Below are positions 12,990 through 26,473 of a stretch of 64,000 nt of DNA, piece after piece. The stretch is taken from assembly GCF_016432865.1 (NCBI RefSeq), contig NC_067401.1:283650001-283714000 (forward strand), given 5' to 3'. The notes beneath the pieces are model-generated. The model saw nothing but the letters and a program-made list of their open reading frames with translations, was not told the DNA's origin and did no database searches. The position numbers and the translations under genes are program-made. How positions within the stretch are numbered: position 1 is the first letter of the stretch; each line of letters starts with the position of its first letter. This DNA is from Antechinus flavipes (Eukaryota).

Positions 12990-13978
12990 ATTTTCAACAA
13001 ATTTTTTATTGAACAGAAATCTTTTTTTTTCTCTCATTCCCATTGCCCATCCCATTGGGAAAAAGGAAAACAAATTCCTTGTAATAAATACACATAGTCA
13101 AGCAAAATGAATCCCCTCTTTATATACTGAAATATATATGTTTTATTCTGCTACCTAAAATTATCATTTCTTTGACAGGATGTAGAAAGTATGTTTCATC
13201 AAGATCATAGTTCTTATATCTTTGAAAATTGTTTATCCTTACAATGTTGTTATTGTACAAAATATCCTCTAAATTCTGTTCATTTCATTCATTAGTACTC
13301 TTCAAAATTGTTTTCTTTGATGATATAAATCATTTTTCTCATTCTTCTTAACCTTCACTCTGTATCAGTTCATATATCATTTTCAACTCTCTTTGAAATA
13401 ATTTTTTCTCAATGATATCCACATCTAGAGAAAGAATTGATAAAGTCTGAATGCTGATCCAGGCATATGATTTTTAAGTTTGTTAAAAAATTTTTGTTCT
13501 ATTTCTTCTTTCACAACATATCTACTGAAGAAATGTGTTTTATATGATTTTGCATATATAACATATCAGATTGTTTGTCATCTTGGGGAGGAGAAAGAAA
13601 AGGAAAATAGAGAGAAAATTTTGGAACTCAAAATCTTTCCCCAAAAAATAAATGTTAAAAGTTGCCTTTACGTGTAATTGGAAAAAACGAAATATCAAAT
13701 TTTCTAAAAGAAATAATTTTTTCTCAGTACAGATTAATAATATCTGATCACACTTATGTACTAAACTTATTTAGCCATTCCCTTTAGTGGATCCCTTTAG
13801 TTTCCAATTTTTTGCAACCACTAGAAGAACTGTTATAAATATTTTTTATTCATATAGGACCTTTTTCTATTTCTTTGATCTCTTTTGGATATAACTAGGT
13901 CAAAGGACATGCACTGTTTAATAACTTATATGATAGCAGTGTTAAATAACGTATGTGATATAGTCGCAAACTGCTTTC
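12990..13978 (-). mobile_element. Older L1 3' end, interrupted by a nested L1
   Basis: Degraded reverse-complement L1 3' UTR and ORF2 end. Confidence 0.7.
13412..13709 (+). mobile_element. L1 tail nested inside the older antisense L1
   Basis: 17-bp TSD GAAATAATTTTTTCTCA at 13395-13411 and 13710-13726. Confidence 0.85.
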
Positions 13979-14849
13979 ACTTAAGTGTCTAGGGTCAGAT
14001 TTATTTTGGGAAGAAGAATCTTCTTGACTGTAAGCTCAGGACTCCATCTGTTGTGCCACCTAGCTGCCCTTTATCCACATTACCATCCCATAAAACCCAA
14101 TATGCTGCAACCCAAAACCACTCCGACCTGCCCCATTCCTGTCCAAAGAACCATTGCCCTCCTAGCCGTACCTTAAAATCTGAGCCATCTTTGACTCATC
14201 TTGCTCATCTCCCTTTTACCGTCAGACACTAATTTAGTCAGCTTTTATATTCATCTCTTCTTTCTCTTTCTCCACTGCTACCACAGTCAACCCTCTGACT
14301 GTACCTGAAACTAGCCTGGTAGCTAATCTCCCTGACTTTCAATTCCCTTGCTCACCTTCATCCTGAATACTGCTGCCTGACTAATCTTATCTACATATGA
14401 CTTCTGTTATAGGATCACAGAGAACCGGAAGGGACCTCTAGCTCACAGATTTTTGTAGGTGGGAAGCTGAGACCTAGACAGATGAAATAATTTCTTTTCC
14501 AAGATCACAGAGTCAGGAAGGATCCAAGCCAGGATTGGAACATAGATGCCCTGGCTTCCAAAGCCCAGGTATAGTCCCTTTGTGCCACACAGTGCTACTC
14601 CCTTGTTCACAAAGCTCTAGCAGCTTCCTATCTCCTACCACATCAAACATAAACTATTAAAAGACTTCAGTCTCATGACTCCGGGTTTATTACTCTTTGA
14701 ACTGAGTCAAGCTACCTTCCAATAATAGAAATTCTAATCCATTTTAGACTAGGAGTGAATGAATGAGAGCATTTCATCACTTGTGCGTTACACTGTGCTA
14801 AGTGCTAGGGAAAAAAAAATAATTGGCTTATTTTAAAATTTTAAGAAGG

Positions 14850-15100
14850 GCACTAGTTGGCACAGTGGAGAGAGTGCCTGGCCGGGAGTCAGGAAAACTC
14901 CTGAGTTCAAACGTGGCTTCACACAATTATTAGCTGTGTGATCCTGGGCAAGTCACTTAATTCTGCCTCAGTTTCTTCGTCTGTAAAATGAGCTAGAGAA
15001 GGAAATAGCAAGCCACTGCAGTATCTTTGCAAAGAAAACCCCCAAAGGGATCATAAAGAGCCAGACACCATTGAAACAATTTAACAACAATAACAAAAAG
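14850..15100 (+). mobile_element. MAR1-like SINE
   Basis: Head, CORE and RTE-type tail. Confidence 0.8.
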
Positions 15101-15161
15101 CCAACAAAAGGACTAAACAACAATAAAACCTTAAGAAGTTTGTTTTGAAATAAAAAAGTTC

Positions 15162-15887
15162 CTTTGCCTAAAGGGCTGTCAAACTGTGCATACCCTTTGA
15201 TCCAGGGCTGTAAAAGATCATAAAAAAGGGAAAAGGACCCACATGTACAAAATGTTTGTGGTAGCTCTTTTTTGTAGTGACAAGGAACTAGAAACTGAGT
15301 GGATGCCAATGGGGAATGGCTGAAAAAGTTATGGCATATGAATGTTACGTTATTCTGTAAGAGAAGATCAGCAGGATGATTTGAGAAAGGCCTGGAGAGA
15401 CTTACATGAACTGATGCTGAGTGAAGTGAGAATAACCAAGAGAACATTATACACAGCAACAGCAAGATTGTACAATGATCAATTCTGATGGACGTGGCTC
15501 TTTTCAACAATGAAACGATCTCGTGATGGATAGAGCCATCTGCATCCAGAGAGCAGACTATGGGGACTGAATGTGGATCACAATATTGTATGTTTATCTT
15601 TTTTGTTGTTTGCTTGCTTTTTTTTCTTTCTCATTTTTTCCCTTTTTGATCTGATTTTTCTTGTGCAGCATGATAAATGTGGAAATATGTTGATAAGAAT
15701 TGTAAATGTTTAACATATATTGAATTACTTTCTGATTAGTAAAGGGGTGAGGGAAAGGGAGAAAGAAAAATTTGGAACACCAAGATTTTGCAAGAGTAAA
15801 TGTTAAACTATCTTTGCATATATTTTGAAAATAAGAAATCTATTATTTAAAAAATATAAAGCTATTATTATTAAAAAAAAAAAAAAG
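15162..15887 (+). mobile_element. 5'-truncated L1 (degraded ORF2 end and 3' UTR)
   Basis: aaactgtgcataccctttgatcc...poly(A); short TSD AAAGTTC at 15155-15161 and 15888-15894. Confidence 0.88.
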
Positions 15888-16652
15888 AAAGTTCATTTAC
15901 CCATACCTAGCACTATACTTTATTCAGAAAATATATTGGATTTGGAGTCAGAGGACATAGCTTCAAATTTTGTTCCTCAAACTTCTTGTCTATGAGAACC
16001 TGAACAAGTTAAAATACTTCTCTAGATCTAGGTTTCCTTATATGTAAAATGAGGGGGGTAGATTAGATGAACACTGGGATTGATCCAGCTCTAGACAATT
16101 GATCCTCTGAACTGGTGAATGTTAATTCATAATGATAACCATTAAAAAATTGTAATGTTATTCATTATTTTTTTCTAATGGGTTCTAAGAAGGGAGGATT
16201 GGCTTGGTTTTTTTTTTCCTTCTGATTTATGTCCCCAAGTAAGAGAAATCTAATAACAGAGTGACCATTAATATTTGTTCTTGTTCAGTCACTTCTGGAG
16301 TGTCCAACTCTTTATGACTCTGCATAACTCTTTTAAGTCTTTTATTCACTGTGCCATTTACCTGCCCCAAAGAAATAGTAAAATATGGAAAATGGAGAAA
16401 CTCAGACAGAGAAAAATAAGTCAACCTAGCCAGCATATAGGACAGTGTTAGCTCATTGTCTAATGAATTTCTGCCCAAAGCTTATCATCACAGTTAGATT
16501 TTTGAGGTGAATTGTTGAATTTTTAAAACAAAATTGGTTTTAGTGATTAAAATAGAATATATTTTTACCTTTCTGATTCTTATTTGAATGTGTAGTATGT
16601 AAGTGACAGATTCTGATGTCTGGAATGTGCTGTCTTATAAATTTGGTTATTA

Positions 16653-16890
16653 TTGTTTGTCCTTCTGGAGCCATCTCCATTTGTCTTGATCTGAATCTTG
16701 CCATTGAATCCAGATGGCTCTAAAGGGAGAGTGAGGCAGGTGATCTCAGTTAAATTCAGTTCACTTGCATTTCATGGTATCATCTCCCTGATGTCATGGT
16801 CCCCTTTGAGAATGAAGGACAAACAGCAACCTAATTCTCAAAGAGGACCAATAATATCAGGAGTGTAATATCTTGACTTGTAGTCAATGA
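16653..16890. mobile_element. MdoRep1-like marsupial repeat, two copies in opposite orientation
   Basis: 16666-16830 is the reverse complement of sequence like 37145-37320; plus-strand pieces flank it. Confidence 0.6.
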
Positions 16891-18824
16891 GTAAAGGAAG
16901 CAATACTTAAGACAGAGAATGTGTAATGTATACAATAATTTAAATATAAGCAACTCTGAGAGCCAACAAAATTCAGATCATATACAAAGGATAGCATTTG
17001 ATTCCTATGCTATTAAGTGATTTTATTTATCTGTTGTTGTGCAACATGCCTTGCGGTTTTGTTTGGAAAATACATTATTTTTTAAAGTGCTAAATACAGA
17101 TGAGTAAAAATCACAGGTTTTTTCCCCCCATTTTATTGCTAACTAGATGTTCTCTCATGTTCCTTATAGATTTCAATCTGTTTCTGTGATCAGAGAAAAA
17201 AAAATCCAATATAACCAGAATTTGCTTATCTTCTCATCCTACCTTTTTCCAATCTAACATTATTCAGATTTTCCATATAACTTAATGTATTCAAGGTGTC
17301 TCCTGCCAAATCACCTCTTACTTCCTATGTTGTCTTTTCAGCATTTTTTATTCAGTGTCACACCTAAAAAAGGACGCACCTCTTTAACCCTTTCAACTAT
17401 TGAATCACACACACCCTTAGTAAGTAAGCTTTTCACATAAACACTGTCAGTTGTCTCTGGCTCTTAGCAAGAGCAGCACAGCTGGAATGTAACTTGATGT
17501 GATGTTAAAACTGATAGGAAGGAGAAAGGATAAAACAGGCTGTTGGAGGAAATTAAAAGATCGATTTTTGGGGAGAATTGATTTGGGGGAAAGGGCTGCC
17601 TGAATGACTGCATTTTACATTCCATAATCTCTTGGTGGGTCTATAAGAAACTTGAAAAGCTGCTTCATCATGGTAAGATACAAACTTAAATTTTGTTTTA
17701 TAAACCTCTCTTCCAGTTGAGACTTGGGGCTTGGCTATATATTATTCTTGTTATAATTACATCAATTAACTTGACAATGTTTCTACTATCTGGAATTGGC
17801 AACAGCTTGAGCTTTAAATTTTTTAGGTGATTGTGGGTAGAAGGAATTTCCTATAATGTGAGTACAATGTTGAATGTTGCTCTGGTTTGAAAGCAGAAGG
17901 GGGAGTTCATACTCAAAGTATATTACCTGGTGCAGTGATTCTGTCGGGAAGCTTTTATTCAATTCCTTCTTAATAAAGGAAGTACAATGGGACATGAGAG
18001 ACTCAACAATATGGACTTTCTGTTTAATAAGATCTATTCTAATGTTTTACACTAGAGCCCATGAAGATCTGTTTTACTTTTTTTTTTTTCTGACTTTCCC
18101 GCCTGTTTTCCAAATTTCAAACTAAAACTAATGCCCGATGCCTTGGAGAAAAAAAAAAAAAAAACGTAAAACTCAGTGGAAGAGGGAAAACTCTTTTTTG
18201 AGATTACAAATTGATTGTTTTTTTCTCTTCATGATGACAGAAGTTAGAAATCTATTATGCATTTTTTAAAAATGTAGGTTATCTTTTATCAGACCTATTC
18301 TTTAGTGGGTGGTGGCTGCTTGCTGCTCTTACTTGAATGTGCCCGTAACAAGTTATTATGTATTGCACATACTTTCCCCAAAGATTTTATTAGGGCATAG
18401 TATTTTATGGAACAGACTCAGTGGCTTTGTTTCCTTCTTGGGCCCCCTATATCTTTAACTTTCAGGAGGTCCTGTGAACTGAAGTAATTTGTGAGAAAAG
18501 CAAACCTCTAAACTCCAGAGGAAAAGGAGTTAATATAAGCTTTGGGATAGTTTGATCATAAGATTATTAATACAAAGACCTAAGTAAAGGCTGAGTGTTA
18601 AATTATTTCTTTTCCTCTATTACTCTCAGCACTTTTCCCCATTCATTGATATCTTAGGCATAAAAGCTTAATAACTACATTGACTATCTTTATATTAAGG
18701 CGTGAGATACTCCATGTTAATAATACATTCTGGATTACTTACAAGAAGTCCTCTTAAATAATTTTTTACATTACCTCCTCATTTTTACAAACCCATCACT
18801 TAGTTTAACAGCAACATGTCTATG

Positions 18825-18953
18825 NNNNNNNNNNNNNNNNNNNNNNNNNNNNNNNNNNNNNNNNNNNNNNNNNNNNNNNNNNNNNNNNNNNNNNNNNNNN
18901 NNNNNNNNNNNNNNNNNNNNNNNNNNNNNNNNNNNNNNNNNNNNNNNNNNNNN
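18825..18953. other. Assembly gap (129 N) next to a CT-rich low-complexity tract
   Basis: Run of N. Confidence 1.
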
Positions 18954-19076
18954 TCTGTTTCTGTTTCTCTGTCTCATTCAGCTTGTCTCTTTCTCTATTT
19001 CTCTCTTTCATTCAGCTTCTCTGTTTCTGTTTCTCTTTCTGTTTCTGTCACTATCTCTGCCTCTATCTTTCTCTCA

Positions 19077-19089
19077 TACACACACACCA

Positions 19090-19120
<31 letters not shown>
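19077..19120. repeat. (CA)n microsatellite, imperfect
   Basis: Direct reading. Confidence 0.95.
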
Positions 19121-20279
19121 CTTTTAATTAAGTTTAAAGCAAGAATTTTTAAACATTTTTGTGTCAAGTATCCCTCTGGCAATTCAGTGAGTCCTGTTAA
19201 CAGAATTATAGGTTTTTTTTAAAGTTATAATTGAAAGAGATGTTTCCATTTAAGTTTGAGGTTAGTGAAAATAAAGATTTTTTTTTGGTTTCCATTGGAG
19301 TTCACATTTCCTTGAAATCTGTCAGTAGACCTTAGATAAAAAGTCCTCAGACTTAAAGAGACTTTAGCATTTTGTTGAATCCTTGGTTAATGTTAAAGTT
19401 AAAAAACAAAACAGAACATTTCCATGGAAGCCTAACTGCACTGAATTTTTAATGTAGGCACAGGAGAATGGAAAGTACCAGGAACTCATGCTATAAGTAG
19501 TTAGTGATTTAGCATTCATACTTTTGATTCAAAATTTTTGACTGGGCAGAAATTTGCTGCTTGTGTCTCTAGGCAGAATGGAGGCTCTGACAACCCTGGC
19601 CATAGTGCTAAGGTTTATTCTCATCAAGCCTCTACAGGAGCAATGTTTGCATAATACAATCCAGATGTGCAAGCCGAGGCAATGAGCAAGACCACAGGGA
19701 GCATGGGAATATGTTGCCTGTAAAAGCTGTAAGAGATGATGAAATAAGAGACACATCAAAATTAAATAGGTGACAAACTAAGGTAAAACTTGCTTTTTTA
19801 AAAGGAAAGGCTATAAGGGGATAAAAAGTAAGCGAATTCAATAAGATAAATAAAAATGGATATTCTTGAGGATTAAGAGAAAAGCAAGTAGAAGAACAAA
19901 AAGATTCAGATGGAGAGAAAATATATGAAGTGAAAATAATATTAACAGCTGGTATTTTTATGGCCTTGTAAGGTGAACAAAGTATTTAATCCACACAATA
20001 ACCCATGTGAGGTGGATACTTTTATTGTCCCCATTTTACAAAAAAAACAAATTGAGGTTTAGACAGGTTAAGGAATTTGTCATTAGTATCTGAAGCAGGA
20101 TTTGAATCCAAGTTTTCATGTTTCCAAGTTCTACATTCTTATCCACTGGTGAAAACTATTAGGTTTTTCTGTCTCAAAAAACTCATGGTCAGAGAAGTAG
20201 ACAATTTGTTTTGTTGTTGTGCTGCCATGCCTCTCTACCCAGTTTGCCTTTTACAATTTTTTTTTGCCAATGCTACCAC

Positions 20280-21420
20280 TAAAAATGTGGAAGTGACATT
20301 AGATTGCATTGAGTGATATAGGAGCCAGATCCAAGGAAGACAGTCTGCTTTATTCTAACTTGGTCAGATCACTTCTGAAGAGTTTTATTTGGTTCTGGGT
20401 GCCACATGATAGGAAGGACATTGATAAATTAAAGAATGTCCAATGGAGGGAAACTGAAATCAGTTAGTTGTCAAGCATTTATTAAATACCTACTGTGTAC
20501 TAGGTGGGGGCAGCTAGGTGGTACTGTGTGATATAGAGTCCTGGCCTTGGAATCAGAAAGACTAATCTTCATGAGTTCAAATCTGCCCTCAGACCCTAAT
20601 TATGTGATCTTGGGCAACTCCGTTTGCTGCAGTTTCCTTATCTGTAAGGTGAACTAGAGAAGGAATGGCAAATCACTCCAGTATTTCTACTAAGATAATT
20701 CCATATGGGTCAAGAGAGTTGGTTGGAGATGATTGCAAAATGACTTAACAACAACCACAAAATTGCCAGCTAAGTACAATACAATAAAGAAGCAAAAAAT
20801 AGTGCCTTATGTCAAGAACCCCACAGTCTAATGGGAGAGATAACACATAAGCAACTATGATCAAGTGAGTTATATGGATGACAAGTTGAAAACAATCAAT
20901 AGAGGGGAAGCACTAAATTAAGGAGGATCAGGAAAGGCCTTTTACAGGAGGAAAGATTTGAACTAGAAGCCAGGAGATGAAGATGAAGAGAAATAGAGTA
21001 CCAAATATGATGGTTAGCAAAACTGGAATGATGAAGGATCTTAAAGCTATAAAAGGGTTGGTTGAAAGAAATAAGGATGTAGCCTGGGGAAGAGAAGATT
21101 TAGTGGATAATCTTATAGTTTTATTGTTATTCTTAAATGATTGTCATAGAGAAAAAAAAATTTCTGATTGTTTCCATTGGGCAGACCTAGCATTAATGGG
21201 TAGCAATTATAAAGAGGAAAAATTAATTTTGGTAAAAAAAAAAGTTCTTTACAATTAGAAACACTCAAAAATAGAATGGACTTTCTCAAGAGCAATGAGT
21301 AAAGGCCTCTAGAAAGGAGGCTTTCAAGTAACTGTAAGACCTCTTATACACGTATGCCATAAGGGGAATCCTTGTTCCATTAAAGACTGGACTATGTAGT
21401 ATTTGAGGTTCCTTTCAAAT
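20280..21420 (+). mobile_element. CR1/L3 3' region interrupted by L2 and a MAR1-like SINE (about 20455-21080)
   Basis: L3-like text (ttctgggtgccacat...aaggacattgataaatt) resumes after the inserts. Confidence 0.55.
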
Positions 21421-22223
21421 AAATGACACTGAGAACTCATTCTTGACTTGCTCAATCTTCTTTGCCCTAACTCCTTTGTTCTGTTCTCTGAACCCTATTT
21501 TTAGCTGGTTTCACCTTATTTGGTCAGTGGGTTCCACTCCTTCTTGGGGACAGCTAGATGGCTCAGTGGATAGAATGTTGAGCTTGGAGTCAGAAAGACC
21601 CACCTTCAAATTCTGACATAGATACACAATAGTTGAGTAAGCAAGTCGCTTAAGAGTCATTTTCCTATCCTGTAGAATGTTGATAATAGCATCTACCTCA
21701 AATGCCAGGTAGTACTGGATAGAACATTGGACTTGGAGTCAGGAAGACCAGAGTTCAAATGTGATCACAGACACTTAACTTCTAGTTATCTCAGTTCCGT
21801 CAACTGTAAAATAAAGATAATAACAGCACCTACCTACATTGATAAGCTAGAGAGTGTCCAGAAGAGGTAGCCAGTTGATCAACATGCATTTATTAAGCAC
21901 TAATTATGTACCAGGCACTTTGCTAAATACTGGGGATGCAAAGGGAAGTAGAATACAGTCTTCCTCTCAGGGTTGTTGTGAGGATTAAATGATATAATAT
22001 TTGCAAAGTGTTTGCAAACCTTAAAGCATTAATAATGCTATTGTTTTAAAATTGTTCTTAAAGGTCCATTTCTCATAGTGTTCACTCTTCAGAACCATAG
22101 GGGATATTTCTCAAGCCCTCTCCCCTGAACCCTATTCTGTGCTTTCACCTCCTCCTTCTTACTATATGTTCAGCATCTTAGCAGCCAATGGCAGAAATGA
22201 GATGAACAATCTTCTTTTCTTGC

Positions 22224-22257
22224 CTATCTATCTATCTATCTATCTATAAATGTGTAT

Positions 22258-22298
<41 letters not shown>
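22224..22298. repeat. Compound (CTAT)6 and (TG)19 microsatellite
   Basis: 22224-22247 and 22261-22298. Confidence 0.95.
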
Positions 22299-22303
<5 letters not shown>

Positions 22304-23789
22304 TTTATCCAGCCAGTACTGACAGATGCAAACTGGAAGTACATGAATTCTAATTTTTTCCTAGAAGCAGGAATATTAAAAGAGCAGAAGAGGACAAGTG
22401 CCTAAATCCCAGTGCCTTTGCACTGGGACAAGTGATGGAAATATGAAACAAAAATGAAAAACAATCTCAAAGAGATTATATTTTATCAGGGGAATAAAAC
22501 ATATCCACAGATCATTAAATATAAGATGATTTGAAGAGGGAGAGAGCACCTAGCAATTCAGAGCACAGGAAAGATTCGCTATTCTATGAGATCACTGAGG
22601 GAAGAAAGTAATTCAATGGAGATAGATTTGGAATCAGGAAGACAGGTTAGATCTTGCCTCAGATATTTATTAGCTGTATATGATCCCTAGAGAAGTTACT
22701 TATCATCCGCCTCAGTTTCCTCATCTATAAAATGGGGATAATAATAACATCAACTTCCACAGCATTGCTATGGAGATCAAGTGAGATAACATGTTATTTG
22801 CATACCTTTATGTGCTATATAAACACCATCTATTAACCTTAAATAAAAACTAGGGATTCTAAGAGGCAGAAATAGACACAGGAGGATTCGGGAAACAGCC
22901 TGGACAAAGTATTGAGGTGAGAGAATTCGACAAAAAACAAATCAATCTATTTGGTGTATAGAGTATGTTGAGGGGAATCATGTGAAATAAAATTTTTGAA
23001 AAGTACTTTGGAACTAAATTGTAGAGGTTGAAATGTCAGGCTTTAGTTAATTCTTGAGACAAGTAGCCATAGATGATTTTTGAGCAGGGGAATAAAGTTG
23101 GTTGGAGGCTTGGTCAGCTTTTTAAAACTCAGAGAGGAGTAGAAGACTAAAGCTACTGAGGAGGGTAGTCATTGAAGCTGTCTATGAAAGTTATGTTTTT
23201 GTAAGATTTTAATGCTCTGTGGATTTTAATCCACTTGGCATTTCTAAAAGTATCAAAACCACAATATAGTTACAATAAAAATGATATCAAAATACTAAGT
23301 ACCATAGTCCAGAGATTGAGGTCATAGAGAAATTACAGAGATGTGCTTCTCAGTCTTTATTTTGAGTGTTGTTATCTTATTATTCTTCCTGGAATTTCTT
23401 TGAACTTTACTTATTCTCAACCTTTTTCAAGTAGAATTTTTGAGGTGATCACCAGAAAAATTCTAAAATAGATTACTAAGCAGATGTCTTGTGGAGACAC
23501 TTTGTAAAGGAAGCAATGATCAATAATAATGAATGTATTGTGAGTTCTGCTAGGAAATTTGTCTTTCTCTTTGTTATTGCTAAAAAAAAAAACCTCATTC
23601 CTTGCTAAAAATCATTTATGGATTTAGCCCACTTTTAGCTAGTGGACTCTTTGCCTCTTGATTTAGGGAAAAAAAGTAAACATAGATTCATTAAGACCAA
23701 ATTTTACTTATTGAACCTTATTCCTTTTTGGGGGGAAGGGTAGAAAAAGGTTATTGAATTAGAGGGTCTAGATAGACTATTCCAGATTT

Positions 23790-24330
23790 GAGGTGGACAT
23801 TTTTGCAAAATCCCTCATGACATTATTATGGGATAAATATGAGCTAGATAATAATGCAATTAGTTGGCTGAACAACCATACCCAAAGACTGTTGATGAAT
23901 AGATTGATGTTAACCTGGATATTGTACCCTATAAAGCTATGTTTGTATCTTTGGTGAAGGATTTTTTTAGATTTGTTTTTTCTCATCAGTGACTTGGATA
24001 AATACCTAGAAGGTATTCTTATCAAACTTTCAAATGACATAAAACTAACAGGGATAGTTAATAAATATCATGCCCAATGGAACTAAGATTTTAAAGTGTA
24101 TTCATAGACTGGAATAGAACAATAACAAAAACAAAGCTGATAAATTGAAATTTGGGTATAGAAAATCATAAAAACTGAGATTTGATTTGATTTGAATCGA
24201 CAACAGATTATATAAAAAAGACCTAGTGATTTTATTTCATATTATTTCACTGCATACTCAGTACAAATCAGTGATATGATTTAGCTTTTAAAACAACCAG
24301 AGATTAGGAAGTAAGGATCCTATTGTGCAT
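23790..24330 (+). mobile_element. CR1/L3 reverse transcriptase fragment
   Basis: Translates in part as WLNNHTQR... and ISDLDKYLEGILIKLSNDIKL. Confidence 0.65.
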
Positions 24331-24609
24331 TGCAAACTGGATAAGTGACTTTCCCTTTATGGGAGTCAGTGTCTTCTATAAAACTGAAATGAAACAACCA
24401 CTAAAATAATTTATTAAGTTCTACATTTCTTCTCATGTGCTAAGTACTGGAGCATATAACAAAGTGAAACTATTCTTGTCTTCAAAGAACTTATATTCTA
24501 ATAGAGGAGAGACAATATGCATTTCCCCAAGGTTTGCCAATTTACTGCACTAAAATTTTTGAGACACACATACACATACATATGTAGAAAGAGAAATAGA
24601 GAGAATCAG

Positions 24610-24850
24610 TAGGTGGCAGAGTAAATAGAATTTCTGGGCAAGGAGTCAAGAGAGTCATCTTTCTGAGTTAAAATCGACTTTAGACACTTAGTAGCTATAT
24701 GACCCTATGTGAGTCACTTAAACCCATTTGCCTCAGTTTCCTCATCTGTAAAATGAGCTGGAGAAGGAAATGACAAACCACTCTAGTATCTTTGTCAAGA
24801 AAATTCCAAATGGAGTCATGAATCAGACACAACTGAAAAAAAAAAAACTG
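24610..24850 (+). mobile_element. MAR1-like SINE
   Basis: Head, CORE and RTE-type tail. Confidence 0.78.
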
Positions 24851-25439
24851 AACAGAATGTAAATACATGACATTTACAAATTACATACAAGGAGATTTAG
24901 GGAGGGAGATTCCATCTCTAAAATTCTCTTCTGACACATCAGATACAATTACTATTTTTATTTTCATCTTACCAGTTAAAAATTTAAAGTTGAGAAATTA
25001 GTCTCATTAGCTATTAATGTGTACCATCTGCACATTGCATTCTAGCCTGTGAACTAGCTAGTGAATATTGAGATGATGTGATCATTATCTTGTTAGGAGC
25101 ACAATGTCCTCTCATACATTAACTTATTTGAGCCTTACAATAACCCCATAATGTAGGGTGTATTTTTAATCTCTCTAGGCCAGGCCTCAAGTTTTCTCAT
25201 CTGGAAAGTGGAGTTGGACAAACTAGCCTCTAAGATTCCTCTCAGCACTATATCCATCTTCTTCTGAATCTATAGTGTTTATTTGACAAATAAGGAAATT
25301 CAGATTTAGAAAAATGAAGTGATTTTCCCAGGATTGGATGACTAGTTAATATCAGTTCCGTAGTATATAAATAGTAGAAACTATGCTATTTGAGAGAATG
25401 CAGATTGAAGAAAGTGGTGGTCAGAAGCAAAACATTAAT

Positions 25440-25740
25440 GAGGAGGGAAAGGGTAAAAGGAGGGAAAACTTGGGAAAAATAGGATTGCTGGAAATACAGA
25501 GTTAGTAATCTTAACTGTGAATGTGAATGGGATGAAATCTCATAAAATGGAAGGGAATAGCAGAGTAAATTAAAAACTAGAATCCTACGATACATTGTTT
25601 ATATTTGATGCAGAGAGATACATAAAGTTTAAATCCTGTAGCAGAATATATTATGTAAAAAAAGTACAAATTAAAAAAAAAAAAAACAAGGGTAGCAATG
25701 CTGATTTCAGATCAAGAAATTGTACTACTTGAAAACAATC
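25440..25740 (+). mobile_element. L1 ORF2 endonuclease N-terminal fragment
   Basis: gtaatcttaactgtgaatgtgaatggg corresponds to the L1 endonuclease start (xTVNVNG); degraded. Confidence 0.65.
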
Positions 25741-26221
25741 TAGAATTATTTCAAATTTTAGAGTATTTAGAATTTTAACTATCTCAAACATCTACACTTC
25801 TAAGTATCTCAAATATCTAGAATTCTAAAGAGATATTCCAGCAAGCCTTAAAATCTTTTGGGATAGTGTACATGGATGTGAGCACAAGTTTCAAATAACC
25901 ATAATTACAGAATGGATTTATATAGGATTATAAAACAAAGACTCTACCATCTGCTTAACCCTTTCTATATGATTCATTAAGCAGACCACAAGCCCAAAGT
26001 CAGCAGAAATCAAAGGTAACCTGAAGCCGTGCTGATTGTTCAGTTTCTAATGTTCATTCAGTCATTCCTTAGAGAGCTATTGGGCATTTGGGAACTTTTA
26101 GCATCTGCTCTTGCCTAGCTCTGCTGGGCTCTAAAGGAACCTCTGGGGCTTCCTTCATTCGATTCAAACTTCTTTGACTAATGAATGTTATATTATTAAA
26201 GGATATATTTATGGTCTAGTT

Positions 26222-26473
26222 CAGAGGTTCTTAACCTTTTCTAGATTATGTGTCTCTTTAGTAGTCTGGTGAAGCCTTCACACTCCTTCTAAGAAGAATG
26301 CTTTAAAATAATTATAGGAAATGCTAAATTTCAGTTAGAAATCAGTAAAAATAAGTGTTTTATAGCATGTAATAAAAAATAAACATTTTTGTTTCCTATC
26401 CAAGTCCATGGACTCCTAAAATCTAAACTATGGATTCATTGAGATTACATGGACTTCAGGGTAAGAACTCCTG
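26222..26473. mobile_element. hAT-Charlie (MER5/MER20-like) MITE
   Basis: TIRs cagaggttcttaac / gtaagaactcctg; 8-bp TSD GTCTAGTT (26214-26221) and CTCTAGTT (26474-26481), with the Charlie-type TCTAG core. Confidence 0.8.

Noticed and set aside
14968-15510. 180-aa minus-strand ORF
   Set aside because: Antisense reading of a MAR1-like SINE plus L1.
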